Positions 1-10,484 are shown, numbered from the stretch's first letter. The stretch is 64,000 nucleotides of DNA from a virus (IMGVR_UViG_3300014205_000001:317413-381412), one strand, 5' to 3'. Notes: generated by a model not told the origin, from the letters alone. Numbers and translations: made by a program.

Positions 1-2243
1 GCAGCACCGATTGTAGTACGCGTTACTGTTACTTTAATATCATTTTTAAAATCAGCTGTAAATCCATTAATATCTAATTTTTCAGCACCACTAATAAATA
101 TTTTTGCATTATTCTGAGTTGCTTGAAAATAAGTTTGATAACTACCAACTAAACAATTCGATCCATTCATCGAAATGAAAGCCTCTTCGTTCGGAGCACT
201 GTATATCAAACCGCTGCCAGGAAATCTTAAACCACCAACTTCAAATAAATAATTATTACTTGTATGAAGTGTTGAAATTTGACCAATTCTTAAACCAGTA
301 GCATCTAATCTTGTGCCGTAATTTGTTCCTGTATTGCCTGTTTGATTATAGATAACAGATGCTCCTAAATGTAATGGTAAATTGAAACCTAAACCAGCTT
401 GTATATAAATTGTATCGACTAATGGGATGGAGGTTGCCACAAAAATACCTGCAGCTGTACTACCGTATTTTGCAATGACCCCTAAATTACTATTATCTTG
501 TCCAAATATTACACCCGCAATTCCACTTATATCAGTATTTTGAATACCAATAATATTATTACCTGTTGATGTACCTATAGCAAGTTTTCCTAGTAAAAAA
601 TTACTTGTAAAAGTAATTGCTTGTGGATTGATTTTAAAGATACCGTCATAAATAACTTGATTAGTACCACTTAATAAATTACTACCATTACCAATACCTA
701 CTTGATATTGATTTAATGCTGCAGAAGAAGGAATTGCTTGTGTACTTAAAGTTCCTGTATTATCTGCAACAACCATACGTGTACCTGTTCCTGCTAACGT
801 ATTAACGTTGACACCAGAACTTGCAACTAAAAATATGTTAGCTGCTGAATCTAAATATAAATTACCTGTGGATTTAATACCACCGAATGAAGGAAAAACT
901 AATTGATCGGTTCTACCTCCACTTAAATTTTCAAAATAGCTACTTAATACTTGAAATACTTTCGTATTTGTAGTATGTAATGTATTTAATAAATCAATTC
1001 TGAAACCTGTTTTATCAGTACGGGTACCATATTCAGTACCAATTATTGTAGGTAAATTATAAATTGCACCATTTGAATTTGTTGAAACAACAATATCCAT
1101 TGCTGAATTATCATTAGTTGCATTATATAATTGTAAACTTAAATTTAAAGGAATAGAAGAACCTGTGTAATTACTTGCACCATTATTATAAGAAACTAAA
1201 CCTTTTTCACCACTAAAGGCTTGAAAATAAGTTTTAATCACACCATTACTTGAAATATTTGTTAAGCGTAAATTAGTTTGTAACGAAGCTAAAGTAGTTG
1301 AAAGACGAAATGTTTCAGCATAAGCAGGTCGGAAAATAATGTTAGATGTACCATTATTACTTGATGAAATGTACAAGTCATTTTCACCTTCGATACGTGA
1401 AGGACCATTCAGATTTTCACCAAAATCAAGTGACAAACCATTTTTAAGAACTAAACGACCAGATTTAATTCTCATGACTTCTGTACCTGCTAAACTAAAT
1501 TGAAAATTACCAGAAATATCACTTGTTCGATCAATTGTAAGAATGCTTAAATTATTTCGTAATGTAAAACTACCAAATGCACTTCCATCAATTCCAATAC
1601 CTACAGTACTAACATAACCTAATTTTAAATAACCAATCTCGATATAATTATCTGTACCTGGAGTTCCTAAACCATTTCCTGTATGTGTAAAACCATCGTT
1701 ACTTGCAACACCAGTACCTGTACCAAAAACAACTTGTGTGTTTGGGATAACTAAAGTTGCAGCAGTAATATCAGTTAAATATGCAATTGTTTGGCGAGTT
1801 AATGAAGTTGTTTGTGTAAAATATAAACGATCAGTTAAAAATTCTAAGTTACCTGCTAAAATATTACCTGCTGTTGTTAATGCACCTGATGTTAATCGAA
1901 TAGCTGATGATGAAGTACTACCTGCAGCAAGATGTAAATTTGCAGTAGGTGAAATATCAGCACCAATATAAAGTTTTCCTAAAATACGATGATCAGCTGC
2001 AGAATATTTAATGATATTATTTTGAATATCAATAAAGTGATTCGTTAAATTATTTAATTTTAAAGTACCCGCATCGCCTTGAATATAACTTTGTGACCCA
2101 GTAGTACCAATTTTGGTTAAATTTATTGATAAATAACCTAAAACATCATTATAGAATAGATTTAATGATCTTTTTACATTTGTTGCACCCTGATATAAGA
2201 TAGGACCAGCAATATCGGATCGAAGTTGTTTAATATTCACCAT
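1..2243 (-). CDS. Partial tail fibre / virion structural protein (runs off the left edge of the window)
   Basis: ATG at 2243-2241 (MVNIKQLRSDIAGPILYQG...), frame appears open to the window edge by eye, so the ORF track misses it. G/T/S/N-rich with LAIGTSTG- and YIGADISPTANLHL-type motifs. AATATATAG motif just upstream. Confidence 0.7.
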   Translation of the reverse strand, partial: MVNIKQLRSDIAGPILYQGATNVKRSLNLFYNDVLGYLSINLTKIGTTGSQSYIQGDAGTLKLNNLTNHFIDIQNNIIKYSAADHRILGKLYIGADISPTANLHLAAGSTSSSAIRLTSGALTTAGNILAGNLEFLTDRLYFTQTTSLTRQTIAYLTDITAATLVIPNTQVVFGTGTGVASNDGFTHTGNGLGTPGTDNYIEIGYLKLGYVSTVGIGIDGSAFGSFTLRNNLSILTIDRTSDISGNFQFSLAGTEVMRIKSGRLVLKNGLSLDFGENLNGPSRIEGENDLYISSSNNGTSNIIFRPAYAETFRLSTTLASLQTNLRLTNISSNGVIKTYFQAFSGEKGLVSYNNGASNYTGSSIPLNLSLQLYNATNDNSAMDIVVSTNSNGAIYNLPTIIGTEYGTRTDKTGFRIDLLNTLHTTNTKVFQVLSSYFENLSGGRTDQLVFPSFGGIKSTGNLYLDSAANIFLVASSGVNVNTLAGTGTRMVVADNTGTLSTQAIPSSAALNQYQVGIGNGSNLLSGTNQVIYDGIFKINPQAITFTSNFLLGKLAIGTSTGNNIIGIQNTDISGIAGVIFGQDNSNLGVIAKYGSTAAGIFVATSIPLVDTIYIQAGLGFNLPLHLGASVIYNQTGNTGTNYGTRLDATGLRIGQISTLHTSNNYLFEVGGLRFPGSGLIYSAPNEEAFISMNGSNCLVGSYQTYFQATQNNAKIFISGAEKLDINGFTADFKNDIKVTVTRTTIGA

Positions 2244-2343
2244 TACATAACTATATATTAAAAAATCGTAATTTTAGCCCAGAATTTTCAAGATTCAAAA
2301 GAAATGCTTATATTTACATCCTATTTCAAACATCCGAAAAAAG

Positions 2344-2355
2344 GCATATAATTGT
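2344..2355 (+). promoter_or_regulatory. Early promoter motif GCATATAATTGT (first of about 16 copies)
   Basis: Exact or near-exact copies start at 2344, 3543, 4862, 12073, 14497, 15541, 19103, 22498, 25338, 27093, 30215, 33679, 37060, 37888 and 48389 (+), plus 43509-43520 (-). Nearly all sit at or just upstream of a gene start. Resembles the Bacteroidota -7 element TAnnTTTG. Confidence 0.8.
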
Positions 2356-2386
2356 CTTAAATCGTTTAACTTAAAAACAATTTAAC

Positions 2387-3130
2387 ATGAAAAACAAAAA
2401 ATTCAACAAGATCACAAAAACGATCATTGCTGATTTACTGTCGTGGTCGTCAAAAGCAAATGGCATTCCTAAACAGGAAATCATTGATGAGATTTTTAAA
2501 GGTCTCACACGCGGTTCTTTAAAGAAAAAAGGTGAAGAAGTTACAGAACACACTTACATCGATAAAGGCAATGAATCTCGCTTTACTGTCGACTTTGCCG
2601 CAAAAACAATTAATAACGATGATAAAATTCTTTATGAATTTATCATTCCAGGTGAACCTGTAAAAACACCGAAAGCTGATAAAGCACCTAAAGCTGATAA
2701 AGCACCTAAAGCTGATAAAGCTGCTAAAACATCCAAAACTGAACCCGTAATTGCAACCAAAACAAAATCCACAAAAAGTATGGAACAACAACGCCAGGAC
2801 GTAAAAGACTTCCTTGATACCAATTTCGCAATTGAATTTTCCGAAGAAGGAAAAATTAAAAAATTCCAATTGCTGAACAAAGAAGATAAACAAATGGGAG
2901 TTGATATGATTCTGGGTGGAATTATCCTTTGCGTGATCAATAACGTAAAAGATATTGACGATCCGAACAAAGCAGTTCGTTTGTGGCTGAAAGGTTTACA
3001 ATCACCTGAACCGGTAACTGCAACTGCGACTGCGACACCAGCAGCTGATGTAACTGAAAAATCACCTTCACCACGTAAAGTCGCCGAAGGTGTTGCAGCA
3101 AAGAAAAAAGCTAAACGCAGTAAAAAATAA
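2387..3130 (+). CDS. Hypothetical Lys-rich early protein with KADKAP repeats
   Basis: 247-aa ORF after a promoter motif; low-complexity PKADKA repeats and a basic C-terminus. Confidence 0.75.
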   Translation: MKNKKFNKITKTIIADLLSWSSKANGIPKQEIIDEIFKGLTRGSLKKKGEEVTEHTYIDKGNESRFTVDFAAKTINNDDKILYEFIIPGEPVKTPKADKAPKADKAPKADKAAKTSKTEPVIATKTKSTKSMEQQRQDVKDFLDTNFAIEFSEEGKIKKFQLLNKEDKQMGVDMILGGIILCVINNVKDIDDPNKAVRLWLKGLQSPEPVTATATATPAADVTEKSPSPRKVAEGVAAKKKAKRSKK

Positions 3131-3134
3131 TTTT

Positions 3135-3323
3135 ATGGCTTACGAACAAGATTTGATCAAAAAGATTGAAGCAGGTATCGGAGCTGTAAAAGGAAAACGG
3201 AAATCACCACAGGAGGCAAAACTTGCCTCCTTTTTTTCTGCCTTAAAGCCGATGAATTTACCAATGCATGATGATCTTATCAAGCAATATAAACTTGCTT
3301 GTGAGATATATAATTCTAAATAA
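3135..3323 (+). CDS. Hypothetical protein
   Basis: In-frame ATG at 3135 follows the previous stop; operon-like packing. Confidence 0.6.
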   Translation: MAYEQDLIKKIEAGIGAVKGKRKSPQEAKLASFFSALKPMNLPMHDDLIKQYKLACEIYNSK

Positions 3324-3329
3324 TTAGAC

Positions 3330-3527
3330 ATGGCAAATACTACTCACATGATATTACCTTTAATGGTTGGAATATCTAACAACAGTCAAATGACAAATGA
3401 ATTGGCTGTCATTCTAGCCAATAAATTGGATGCAGCAGAAATGAAAAAATTAGAGTTGTGGTTGTTGCATGCCAAACAAATAAAAAATTCTGAAACACAA
3501 CAATTAAAAAACAAATCTCGTTTTTAA
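3330..3527 (+). CDS. Hypothetical protein
   Basis: 65-aa ORF packed in the operon. Confidence 0.55.
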   Translation: MANTTHMILPLMVGISNNSQMTNELAVILANKLDAAEMKKLELWLLHAKQIKNSETQQLKNKSRF

Positions 3528-3718
3528 ATTACGTTTAAAATTCATATAATTGTAACATATTAAAATCGCATGACAATTCGATTTTAAGTGGGTATAACGT
3601 AAATACCTGGAACCAGAACCTGATATTGTGCAATAATCAAAAAGGTACAAGAACGTAAGTAGTTTTTAGCACGCTCATACGTTTTTACATTCTCAAGGCC
3701 TTTTACTTTTTAAATTCT

Positions 3719-4459
3719 GTGCGAGTATTCATTCCTAAAGGCAAAAACAATCTTTTTATTTCCAACGAAATTATTACTGAAAACACTTACATTGCTTTCT
3801 TTGGTTTTTCTATTATGGGTTGGGAAATAATTTTCTATGAAGGGATGCCTCCCGAAGGATTGAATCGTGAAGATATTATTGTAGGTTTTATCACGCAAGT
3901 CAAAAAAGGATTAAGCAATCTAGGTATTGAACCACCCACAGAAATTGATTATCCTGAAGAAATTCAATCGTATTTAGGTCGTAAAGTTTGGCAAGATACT
4001 TTGCATCATATTTACACAGATAATTCGACGTGGCCCGTATTTGTAAAACCTGTTAAAGGAAAACAATTTGACGGAAAATTAATTACTTCTTTAAAAGATT
4101 TAGTGGGCTTAGGTTCACAAGAAGATCGTAAAATTTGGTGTAGTGAACCTGTGAAATTTCTTTCTGAATATCGTTGTTTTGTACGTTATGGAAAATTAGT
4201 AGATGCACGAAGATACAAAGGCGATTTTCGTTTAGTTCCTAATTTTAATGTTGTTGAACAGTGTATTAAAGATTATACGTCCCAACCTGTATCTTTTACT
4301 TTAGATTTTGGCGTGACAGAACAGGGTCATACTACTTTAATTGAAGTTAATGATGGTTATGCAATGGGAGCGTATGGAATGTCACCTACTGATTATGCCA
4401 AAATGATTTCAGCACGTTGGAGTCAATTAACTGATACACCTGACTATTGTATATTTTAA
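3719..4459 (+). CDS. ATP-grasp protein, R2K/DUF4343-like
   Basis: PVFVKP, SEYRCFV, LDFGVT..G.T.LIEVNDGYAMGAYG motifs; paralog at 25353. Confidence 0.75.
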   Translation: MRVFIPKGKNNLFISNEIITENTYIAFFGFSIMGWEIIFYEGMPPEGLNREDIIVGFITQVKKGLSNLGIEPPTEIDYPEEIQSYLGRKVWQDTLHHIYTDNSTWPVFVKPVKGKQFDGKLITSLKDLVGLGSQEDRKIWCSEPVKFLSEYRCFVRYGKLVDARRYKGDFRLVPNFNVVEQCIKDYTSQPVSFTLDFGVTEQGHTTLIEVNDGYAMGAYGMSPTDYAKMISARWSQLTDTPDYCIF

Positions 4460-4460
4460 G

Positions 4461-4853
4461 ATGAAAGATTATCAAAAAGTACACGAAGATTATTTACATT
4501 ATACTTCTCAAGTTGAAAAGTTAGAAAAACAATTATCGAATCCTGGTTTTTTATCTAAAGCTAAACCAGATATGATTGCTGCTTCTAAACAAAAATTACA
4601 TGATTTTACTTTAAAATTAAATTCATTACCTACAGCATTCAAAGCATGTATTATGCAACATACTACTTTATGTGATGATATGTGGATTGAATTTATGATT
4701 CAACATGAACGTGAAATTGATTATTTAATTGAACGTGATATTACAATTGAACAATGTAATTTTGATGATGATTATTTTAAGCGTGTTTATGCACCAATTA
4801 ATACTAACGATATATTTTTGTTAGTGCACTATTTAAACTATTTACATTCTTAA
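4461..4853 (+). CDS. Protein with N-terminal ValRS C-terminal coiled-coil-like segment
   Basis: VEKLEKQLSNPGFLSKAKPDMIAASKQKLHDF resembles the valyl-tRNA synthetase C-terminal arm (KL.N..F..KAP..V....KL). Confidence 0.6.
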   Translation: MKDYQKVHEDYLHYTSQVEKLEKQLSNPGFLSKAKPDMIAASKQKLHDFTLKLNSLPTAFKACIMQHTTLCDDMWIEFMIQHEREIDYLIERDITIEQCNFDDDYFKRVYAPINTNDIFLLVHYLNYLHS

Positions 4854-4876
4854 TGTAAAATGCATACAATTGTTGT

Positions 4877-5980
4877 ATGTTACAGATACAACAATATTTG
4901 CGTACTCACAGTTTAGAAAAAACTGTCGAAACTTTCAAATTAATTCACAAAGTTAAAGGTGATCTGAATATGTTTAAATACAATCAGATCGAATCCAACT
5001 ATGCATTAGAAGAAGTGCAAGAATCTCGTGGGTTGATTTTAGATGCAGCTAACGATTGGGCAGTTGTATGTTATACATTTCATAAATTTTTTAATACACA
5101 AGAAGGCTTTGCTCATCCAATCGATTGGAATAACTGTAAAGTGTATAAAAAAGAAGATGGGTCAATTTTGCAAATGTATCATTACAATAACGAATGGCAC
5201 GTTGCGACTTCAGGAACCATTGATGCAGATACTTATTCTAATGATGGTTTAATTTCCTTCAAGGATTTATTTTGGAAAACTGTTTCTATTCATTACAAAA
5301 TGACTAAAGAAGAATTTACAAACGAATTCAACACAAATTATTGTTATGCGTTTGAATTGTGTACTCCTTTCAATTTAGTCATTACGCAACACAAATCTTA
5401 TCGTTTAATTTTCTTAGGTTTGCGTAACAAATTAACTTTACAAGAAGAAGTAATTGAACAAGAAGAATTTAATTGGTTACAAATACCTGAAACATTTGAT
5501 CTTAAAAATGTAGATGATGTAATTAATTCTTTACAAGGTAAAGATTGGCAAGACGAAGGTTATGTTGTATGCGATATAAATTTTAATCGTCAGAAAATTA
5601 AAAATCCTGCGTATGTTGCTGTACATCATTTGAAAGGTAACTTAGGTGCACATCACGTTATGCAAGTTATTAAAGATAATGACTTGGATGAATTTTTTAT
5701 TTATTGTCCAGAACGTAAAGATGAAGTTACTCAATTAAAAATAGGTTACGATAAATTATTATGGGCGATTGAAAGTCAATATAAAACTTTTTTAAAAAAT
5801 GGTGAATACGAATCTGATAAAGATTTTGCATTAGATGTGCAAGCAAAAATCGCACGCCATTTTCAAGGAGTCATGTATAGTGTACGTAAAGGTAAAACTA
5901 CTTTTAAAGAATGGCTATATAAATACGACAATAAAGAATTGTATTTATTACTTACACCCGAAAGTAAATCAGAAATATAG
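4877..5980 (+). CDS. rnl1: RNA ligase, T4 Rnl1-like
   Basis: Nucleotidyltransferase motifs KEDGS (I), FELCTP (III) and EGYVV (IV); HKFFN motif; own promoter copy at 4862. Confidence 0.8.
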   Translation: MLQIQQYLRTHSLEKTVETFKLIHKVKGDLNMFKYNQIESNYALEEVQESRGLILDAANDWAVVCYTFHKFFNTQEGFAHPIDWNNCKVYKKEDGSILQMYHYNNEWHVATSGTIDADTYSNDGLISFKDLFWKTVSIHYKMTKEEFTNEFNTNYCYAFELCTPFNLVITQHKSYRLIFLGLRNKLTLQEEVIEQEEFNWLQIPETFDLKNVDDVINSLQGKDWQDEGYVVCDINFNRQKIKNPAYVAVHHLKGNLGAHHVMQVIKDNDLDEFFIYCPERKDEVTQLKIGYDKLLWAIESQYKTFLKNGEYESDKDFALDVQAKIARHFQGVMYSVRKGKTTFKEWLYKYDNKELYLLLTPESKSEI

Positions 5981-6014
5981 TAAATTTAACTTGTTCACTA
6001 TCAATAAGATAGCT

Positions 6015-6048
6015 AAAAATCCTGAATTTTTACAGTTCAGGATTTTTT
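6015..6048 (+). terminator. Intrinsic terminator
   Basis: AAAAATCCTGAA / TTCAGGATTTTTT inverted repeat after the ligase gene. Confidence 0.75.
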
Positions 6049-6102
6049 ATTTACACAAAAATTGTTTAATTATGTAGTGTTCAATCAATAAAAAGTAATA
6101 AC

Positions 6103-7050
6103 ATGTCAACTGAATTTAATAAACAAACAATAGTTGAACGGATCAGAAAGATTATGGAATCTGCTGGTCGTACTGAAGCTGAAATGTTAACAGCTCAGAA
6201 TTTGTGTCAAAAATTGATGATGCGATATAATATCGACAAAAGCGATGTATTTGTTTCGGATGGTGATATTGGAATATCGGAAGTTGAAAATACATTTGAA
6301 GGTCACGAAACAAGATATTGGACTTGGGATTTACTTTGTCGTATTGGTTCACCTTATAATGTAGAAATTGTCCGAACTGAAAAACGTCGACCTGTTATGG
6401 AAAACGAAAGACTTGTGGGTTACGAAAAATACGAAATTTACAGGTTGGTGGGTAGTAAAGAAGATCGCGAAATTGTGCAAAGTATTTTTACAAATATTTT
6501 ACCTGTTATTCGTGCATCCAGAAAATTACGTTGGAAAGAATATCAAAAACGTATTCCTAAAAAAGAACAAACAAAACCTGCAACATTTGCAAAATCATAT
6601 TTTACTGGTTACGGTGTAGGCTTATATGACAAATTAAAAGCTGAACGTGATGAATTTCTACGCGACATGGAGGACGAAACAAGTACTTCCAATTCTGAAA
6701 CAAACGAAGAAAATTTAGGACTTGATGGTAAATTAAGTTTGGACGAAGCAATTCAAAATATTAACAACAGTGTTCTTAAAGGTGGTTTAGTTGTATCAGA
6801 GAAAAAGCTGCTTAATACTGCCCAACAAAAATGGGAAATGATCGTTGCTCGTAAAAAACAATTAGTCGACGATTTTATGAAAACACAATTTGCGAAAGCA
6901 ACTGAAGAAAACGATCGTAAAAGTAAAAAACAAAGTTTAGATGCATACGAATCAGGTTATGTTGATGGTAAACACAGGTATCATGGTCATCAATTAGATT
7001 CTGCAGAAAACAGCGAAACTGAAGATAGTAACAACTTAAAAACAGAATAA
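6103..7050 (+). CDS. DUF2786-like protein
   Basis: N-terminal IVERIRKIM...EAE...A..L...LM.RYNI pattern. Confidence 0.55.
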   Translation: MSTEFNKQTIVERIRKIMESAGRTEAEMLTAQNLCQKLMMRYNIDKSDVFVSDGDIGISEVENTFEGHETRYWTWDLLCRIGSPYNVEIVRTEKRRPVMENERLVGYEKYEIYRLVGSKEDREIVQSIFTNILPVIRASRKLRWKEYQKRIPKKEQTKPATFAKSYFTGYGVGLYDKLKAERDEFLRDMEDETSTSNSETNEENLGLDGKLSLDEAIQNINNSVLKGGLVVSEKKLLNTAQQKWEMIVARKKQLVDDFMKTQFAKATEENDRKSKKQSLDAYESGYVDGKHRYHGHQLDSAENSETEDSNNLKTE

Positions 7051-7051
7051 T

Positions 7052-7267
7052 ATGCATTTTTTAGATTTAATTATTTACATCGTATTGGCAATTATCATTT
7101 GGTATGTTATTTTACCACGTGATTACACAGAAGAAATAGGTGCTTTATTAGGTATTAGATTTATGATTTGGTACACAATCGCATACGTTATAATATTTGT
7201 ATTTTGTGGTATTAATTGGATAGATTTTCCGTGGTCAATATCTTTTCAGAACTTTTTTAAATGGTAG
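7052..7267 (+). CDS. Small membrane protein
   Basis: Two hydrophobic segments; packed in operon. Confidence 0.55.
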   Translation: MHFLDLIIYIVLAIIIWYVILPRDYTEEIGALLGIRFMIWYTIAYVIIFVFCGINWIDFPWSISFQNFFKW

Positions 7268-7527
7268 ATATTGTTTCATATAAAAATATAATTTTTGTAA
7301 AGGATGCAAAACCACCTGAACAACTTACAGATGTTTATAAAATATTTTATAAACGAAATGCTTTAGTCGATGGTCACATTGGCACTGTACGGTGGAACCA
7401 TTTACCTACTTATAACAACAACAATAAAATTCGAGGATATACGTTTTTTGGTCGACCTGGGATAGGTTTAACAGCAATCGTATTAGGTGAAATAATTGAA
7501 TTTATTAATGCATTAAATAAAAAATAA
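7261..7527 (+). CDS. Hypothetical protein
   Basis: Overlaps the previous stop; 88 aa. Confidence 0.55.
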   Translation: MVDIVSYKNIIFVKDAKPPEQLTDVYKIFYKRNALVDGHIGTVRWNHLPTYNNNNKIRGYTFFGRPGIGLTAIVLGEIIEFINALNKK

Positions 7528-7580
7528 CCAGTCCTTAGGGACGACAACATATAATCCAAATATAAATTAAAAATAAAAAC

Positions 7581-8399
7581 ATGGCAAAAAAAGCAAAATC
7601 AACCGCAAAGTTATACGCTCGTGGTTGTCGTATTCTTTATTCAGCAATTACCGATGATGGTAAATTCATTACAGACGCCGAAGAAATTCTTCGTAAAGCT
7701 CGCGCAAGCAAAGCTGTCTTAAATGAAATGATCAAAATGGGAATGTTGAAAAAAGACGGCAATGCAGTGTACAAAATCGGGAACTTTACACCTAAAGATG
7801 TTGAAACTAAAATCTTCAACAGTTTGGTGAGTTCTAACACTGTGAAAGCAATCGCTAAAAAAGTAAAACCTGTCAAGGTTGTTGCTAAACCTGCGAAGAA
7901 AAAAGCAATGAAAAAAGTTGCTAAGAAAACTCGCAAAGCAGCACATGGACCGACGGCAACAGTACGTGCACCGAAAAAAACAGCACGCACAAAAGGTAAC
8001 ACTCAGGAATCGTATTCAGATGCAATTGAATCGATCCGTAAATTGACAAAAAGTCCTAAGCAATTAGCACTTAACGAACTTTCGAAGAAATTCAAAGTAA
8101 GTAGTCATTTGCCTGTAGCTTTAATGAATTTACATTTGTTAACGAATCCTAAAGGTAATCGTAAATTAATTCAATGGAACGGTGGAACTGAAAGTTCTAA
8201 TCATCTTGCGATTAAAGTTATCAATTACATCAGTGATCGTTACTACAAAAAGAAAGCGAACAAATCGAAACCGAAAAACAATACAACTGTAAAACCTAAA
8301 ACACCTGCAACAAAATCCAATGTATTGGAAGAACTTGCACTTGAATGGCAAGGTCGTGGTCGCCACGATATCGCGTTACAGTTGTTACGTAAAAAATAA
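7581..8399 (+). CDS. Lys/Ala-rich basic (histone-like) protein
   Basis: 272 aa, very basic (KPAKKKAMKKVAKK); followed by a terminator. Confidence 0.7.
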   Translation: MAKKAKSTAKLYARGCRILYSAITDDGKFITDAEEILRKARASKAVLNEMIKMGMLKKDGNAVYKIGNFTPKDVETKIFNSLVSSNTVKAIAKKVKPVKVVAKPAKKKAMKKVAKKTRKAAHGPTATVRAPKKTARTKGNTQESYSDAIESIRKLTKSPKQLALNELSKKFKVSSHLPVALMNLHLLTNPKGNRKLIQWNGGTESSNHLAIKVINYISDRYYKKKANKSKPKNNTTVKPKTPATKSNVLEELALEWQGRGRHDIALQLLRKK

Positions 8400-8404
8400 A
8401 ACAT

Positions 8405-8433
8405 AAAAGCCTGGGTTAATTCCCAGGCTTTTT
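8405..8433 (+). terminator. Intrinsic terminator
   Basis: AAAAGCCTGGG / CCCAGGCTTTT hairpin. Confidence 0.8.
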
Positions 8434-8437
8434 AAAT

Positions 8438-8770
8438 TTGAAACTCATGGACAAAAATTATAAAATACATTATTGGTATCAAGAATTGAAATCACATATT
8501 GAATGTGTAAATGCATCTCAATACAAAACAATATTAATTACCGGTCCTCATTTTTATCAAGTTGTTACACGCGTAAATAATTTGACAACTAAATTATGGA
8601 TGGAACATGTTAATGTGATTTTAAAAGCCAATAAACAGGTTAAAATCGAACAAATTCGACGAGTGGAATGGTTAACAATGCAAAAAAGATACCGTCGGGA
8701 ATTTCAGCAAAAGATCGAGGATAAGATACTTGAATTTCAACAAAAGGCTGACACCAAAAATGAAAAATAA
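8438..8770 (+). CDS. Hypothetical protein
   Basis: 110-aa ORF. Confidence 0.55.
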   Translation: MKLMDKNYKIHYWYQELKSHIECVNASQYKTILITGPHFYQVVTRVNNLTTKLWMEHVNVILKANKQVKIEQIRRVEWLTMQKRYRREFQQKIEDKILEFQQKADTKNEK

Positions 8771-9080
8771 TATTCCATATTATTTTTATAATGAGTGTCA
8801 AAAATGCGATACTTGCGACGAAGCGATGTTGCAGTACAGTGGACCTCATATTAAATTAATATGTAATGAATGTGGTGCATATATTAAGTTTGCATCACCT
8901 AAACAAATTCCTTCATTAAAAGAATTAAAAAGTAAAATATCTGAATTACTTAATGATGATTTACTTAAAGTTGAAATTATGAAATTTTTCATTGACTTTA
9001 AAAAACATCCTGAAGGTTCCAAACAAGAATTTAAAGAATATTGGAGGCTATATATACATTCACGTAGTAAATCTATCTAA
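8730..9080 (+). CDS. Hypothetical protein with Zn-ribbon-like CxxC pairs
   Basis: CQKC...CNEC; true start may be the internal ATG near 8760. Confidence 0.55.
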   Translation: MNFNKRLTPKMKNNIPYYFYNECQKCDTCDEAMLQYSGPHIKLICNECGAYIKFASPKQIPSLKELKSKISELLNDDLLKVEIMKFFIDFKKHPEGSKQEFKEYWRLYIHSRSKSI

Positions 9081-9102
9081 TTGACTATCAATAAGTTACA
9101 TT

Positions 9103-9134
9103 AAATCTGAACATTTTAACATGTTCAGATTTTT
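9103..9134 (+). terminator. Intrinsic terminator
   Basis: AAATCTGAACAT / ATGTTCAGATTT hairpin. Confidence 0.7.
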
Positions 9135-9179
9135 CTATGTCAAATAAATTGATTAATTATGTAGTAACAAATAATTACT

Positions 9180-9497
9180 ATGAAAACACCAAAACAGCTT
9201 GAAGTTCAAAAATTAATAGATGTTTTTATTGAAGAAGAAAAAACAAAAATTGATTCACTGTGTCAACTTTTAGTTGAAATTAAAACAAATGGCTATGCCG
9301 AATTAGTCAATGCTGGTAATACTCATGGTGATAATATGGATATGCGTAGTTATGCAATAATCATAAGTAATCGTATCAGTAATATTTTTGAATGTTTACG
9401 CCAACAAGATTTTAAAAAATATCAATATTATCATTACGATATTTATGATAAATACTTTAAAAATAACACTACCTGGAAAGATATTTTACCACGTTAA
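9180..9497 (+). CDS. Hypothetical protein
   Basis: 105-aa ORF after a TTAATTATGTAGT promoter-like motif. Confidence 0.6.
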   Translation: MKTPKQLEVQKLIDVFIEEEKTKIDSLCQLLVEIKTNGYAELVNAGNTHGDNMDMRSYAIIISNRISNIFECLRQQDFKKYQYYHYDIYDKYFKNNTTWKDILPR

Positions 9498-9508
9498 AAA
9501 TAAAAATT

Positions 9509-10327
9509 ATGCCAACCAAAATAAATTTAAATATCCCTTTCGATGAAATCGAAGCACCAAAAAAAGGTGAACGTTGGCGTCGTCGTGGTCTAAAAATAGA
9601 TCACGCTTCACCTTGGACAATTGCAAAACGTGTCATTAAAAAATATACTAACAAAAGTTTTGGTGATGCATTTTCTGAATTTTGCGAAAAAGTACCTAAA
9701 TTCATGCAATATACGTTTTTGGAATATTTCCAAAATTACGAAGCACATGGTTGGAGAGGTTATCGTGGTAATGATTACATCATTGACAAAAACAATATCA
9801 TTCGTTCGTTGAAAGATTACAACAAATATAAAGGACCGTACAAATTTGTTTCCATCGATGCTGAATACGAAACAATCTATGTGAATCGTATTACAGGCGC
9901 TGTATGGAAAGAAAGAACTGACGATGAAAAGAAAAATAAGTTTCGTCTTGAACCATGGAGTTGGATGAATAAAAATCCTAAAAATGCACGTGAAAATTGG
10001 GACAAAACTGTTTACATTGTTAAAGGTTATGAAATGATCTTTAAAAGCAAAAAGGACCCTTTATTTGTTCGACTTAAAGCTGAAAAGGAAAAAATCCGTA
10101 AAGCAATGAAACGTGCTACTAAAAAACAAAACATTAAAGATTGGGATGCTACACTGAAATTTTATTCTGATAAAATGGAAGACAAGTTGGAAAAATCTGA
10201 AATGAAAGCAATTGAACTTGCGAAAAAAGAACAAGCAGAAAATCTGGTGAAAATCATCAGTCACGGGTTTGACCCATTAACATCATTTAGAACACCTGCC
10301 AAAGGTTTTTCAGGAGGAGGTAAATAA
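9509..10327 (+). CDS. Hypothetical protein
   Basis: 272-aa ORF, no family recognised. Confidence 0.7.
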   Translation: MPTKINLNIPFDEIEAPKKGERWRRRGLKIDHASPWTIAKRVIKKYTNKSFGDAFSEFCEKVPKFMQYTFLEYFQNYEAHGWRGYRGNDYIIDKNNIIRSLKDYNKYKGPYKFVSIDAEYETIYVNRITGAVWKERTDDEKKNKFRLEPWSWMNKNPKNARENWDKTVYIVKGYEMIFKSKKDPLFVRLKAEKEKIRKAMKRATKKQNIKDWDATLKFYSDKMEDKLEKSEMKAIELAKKEQAENLVKIISHGFDPLTSFRTPAKGFSGGGK

Positions 10328-10484
10328 TGTATACAAACGAAACAGTAAAAAGCAAAGATGTTAGTTTTTATTATGTGAATGATAAAGGCGACATGATTTA
10401 TTCCAACAGTGGATGCAGTATTATTGGTTTTTCTTCCAAACAAGAAACACCTGATTGGAATCATCTTAAAAATTTAAATGACTC

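Noticed and set aside
1738-1971. Plus-strand ORF in the ORF track
   Set aside because: Antisense shadow of the long minus-strand tail-fibre-like frame.
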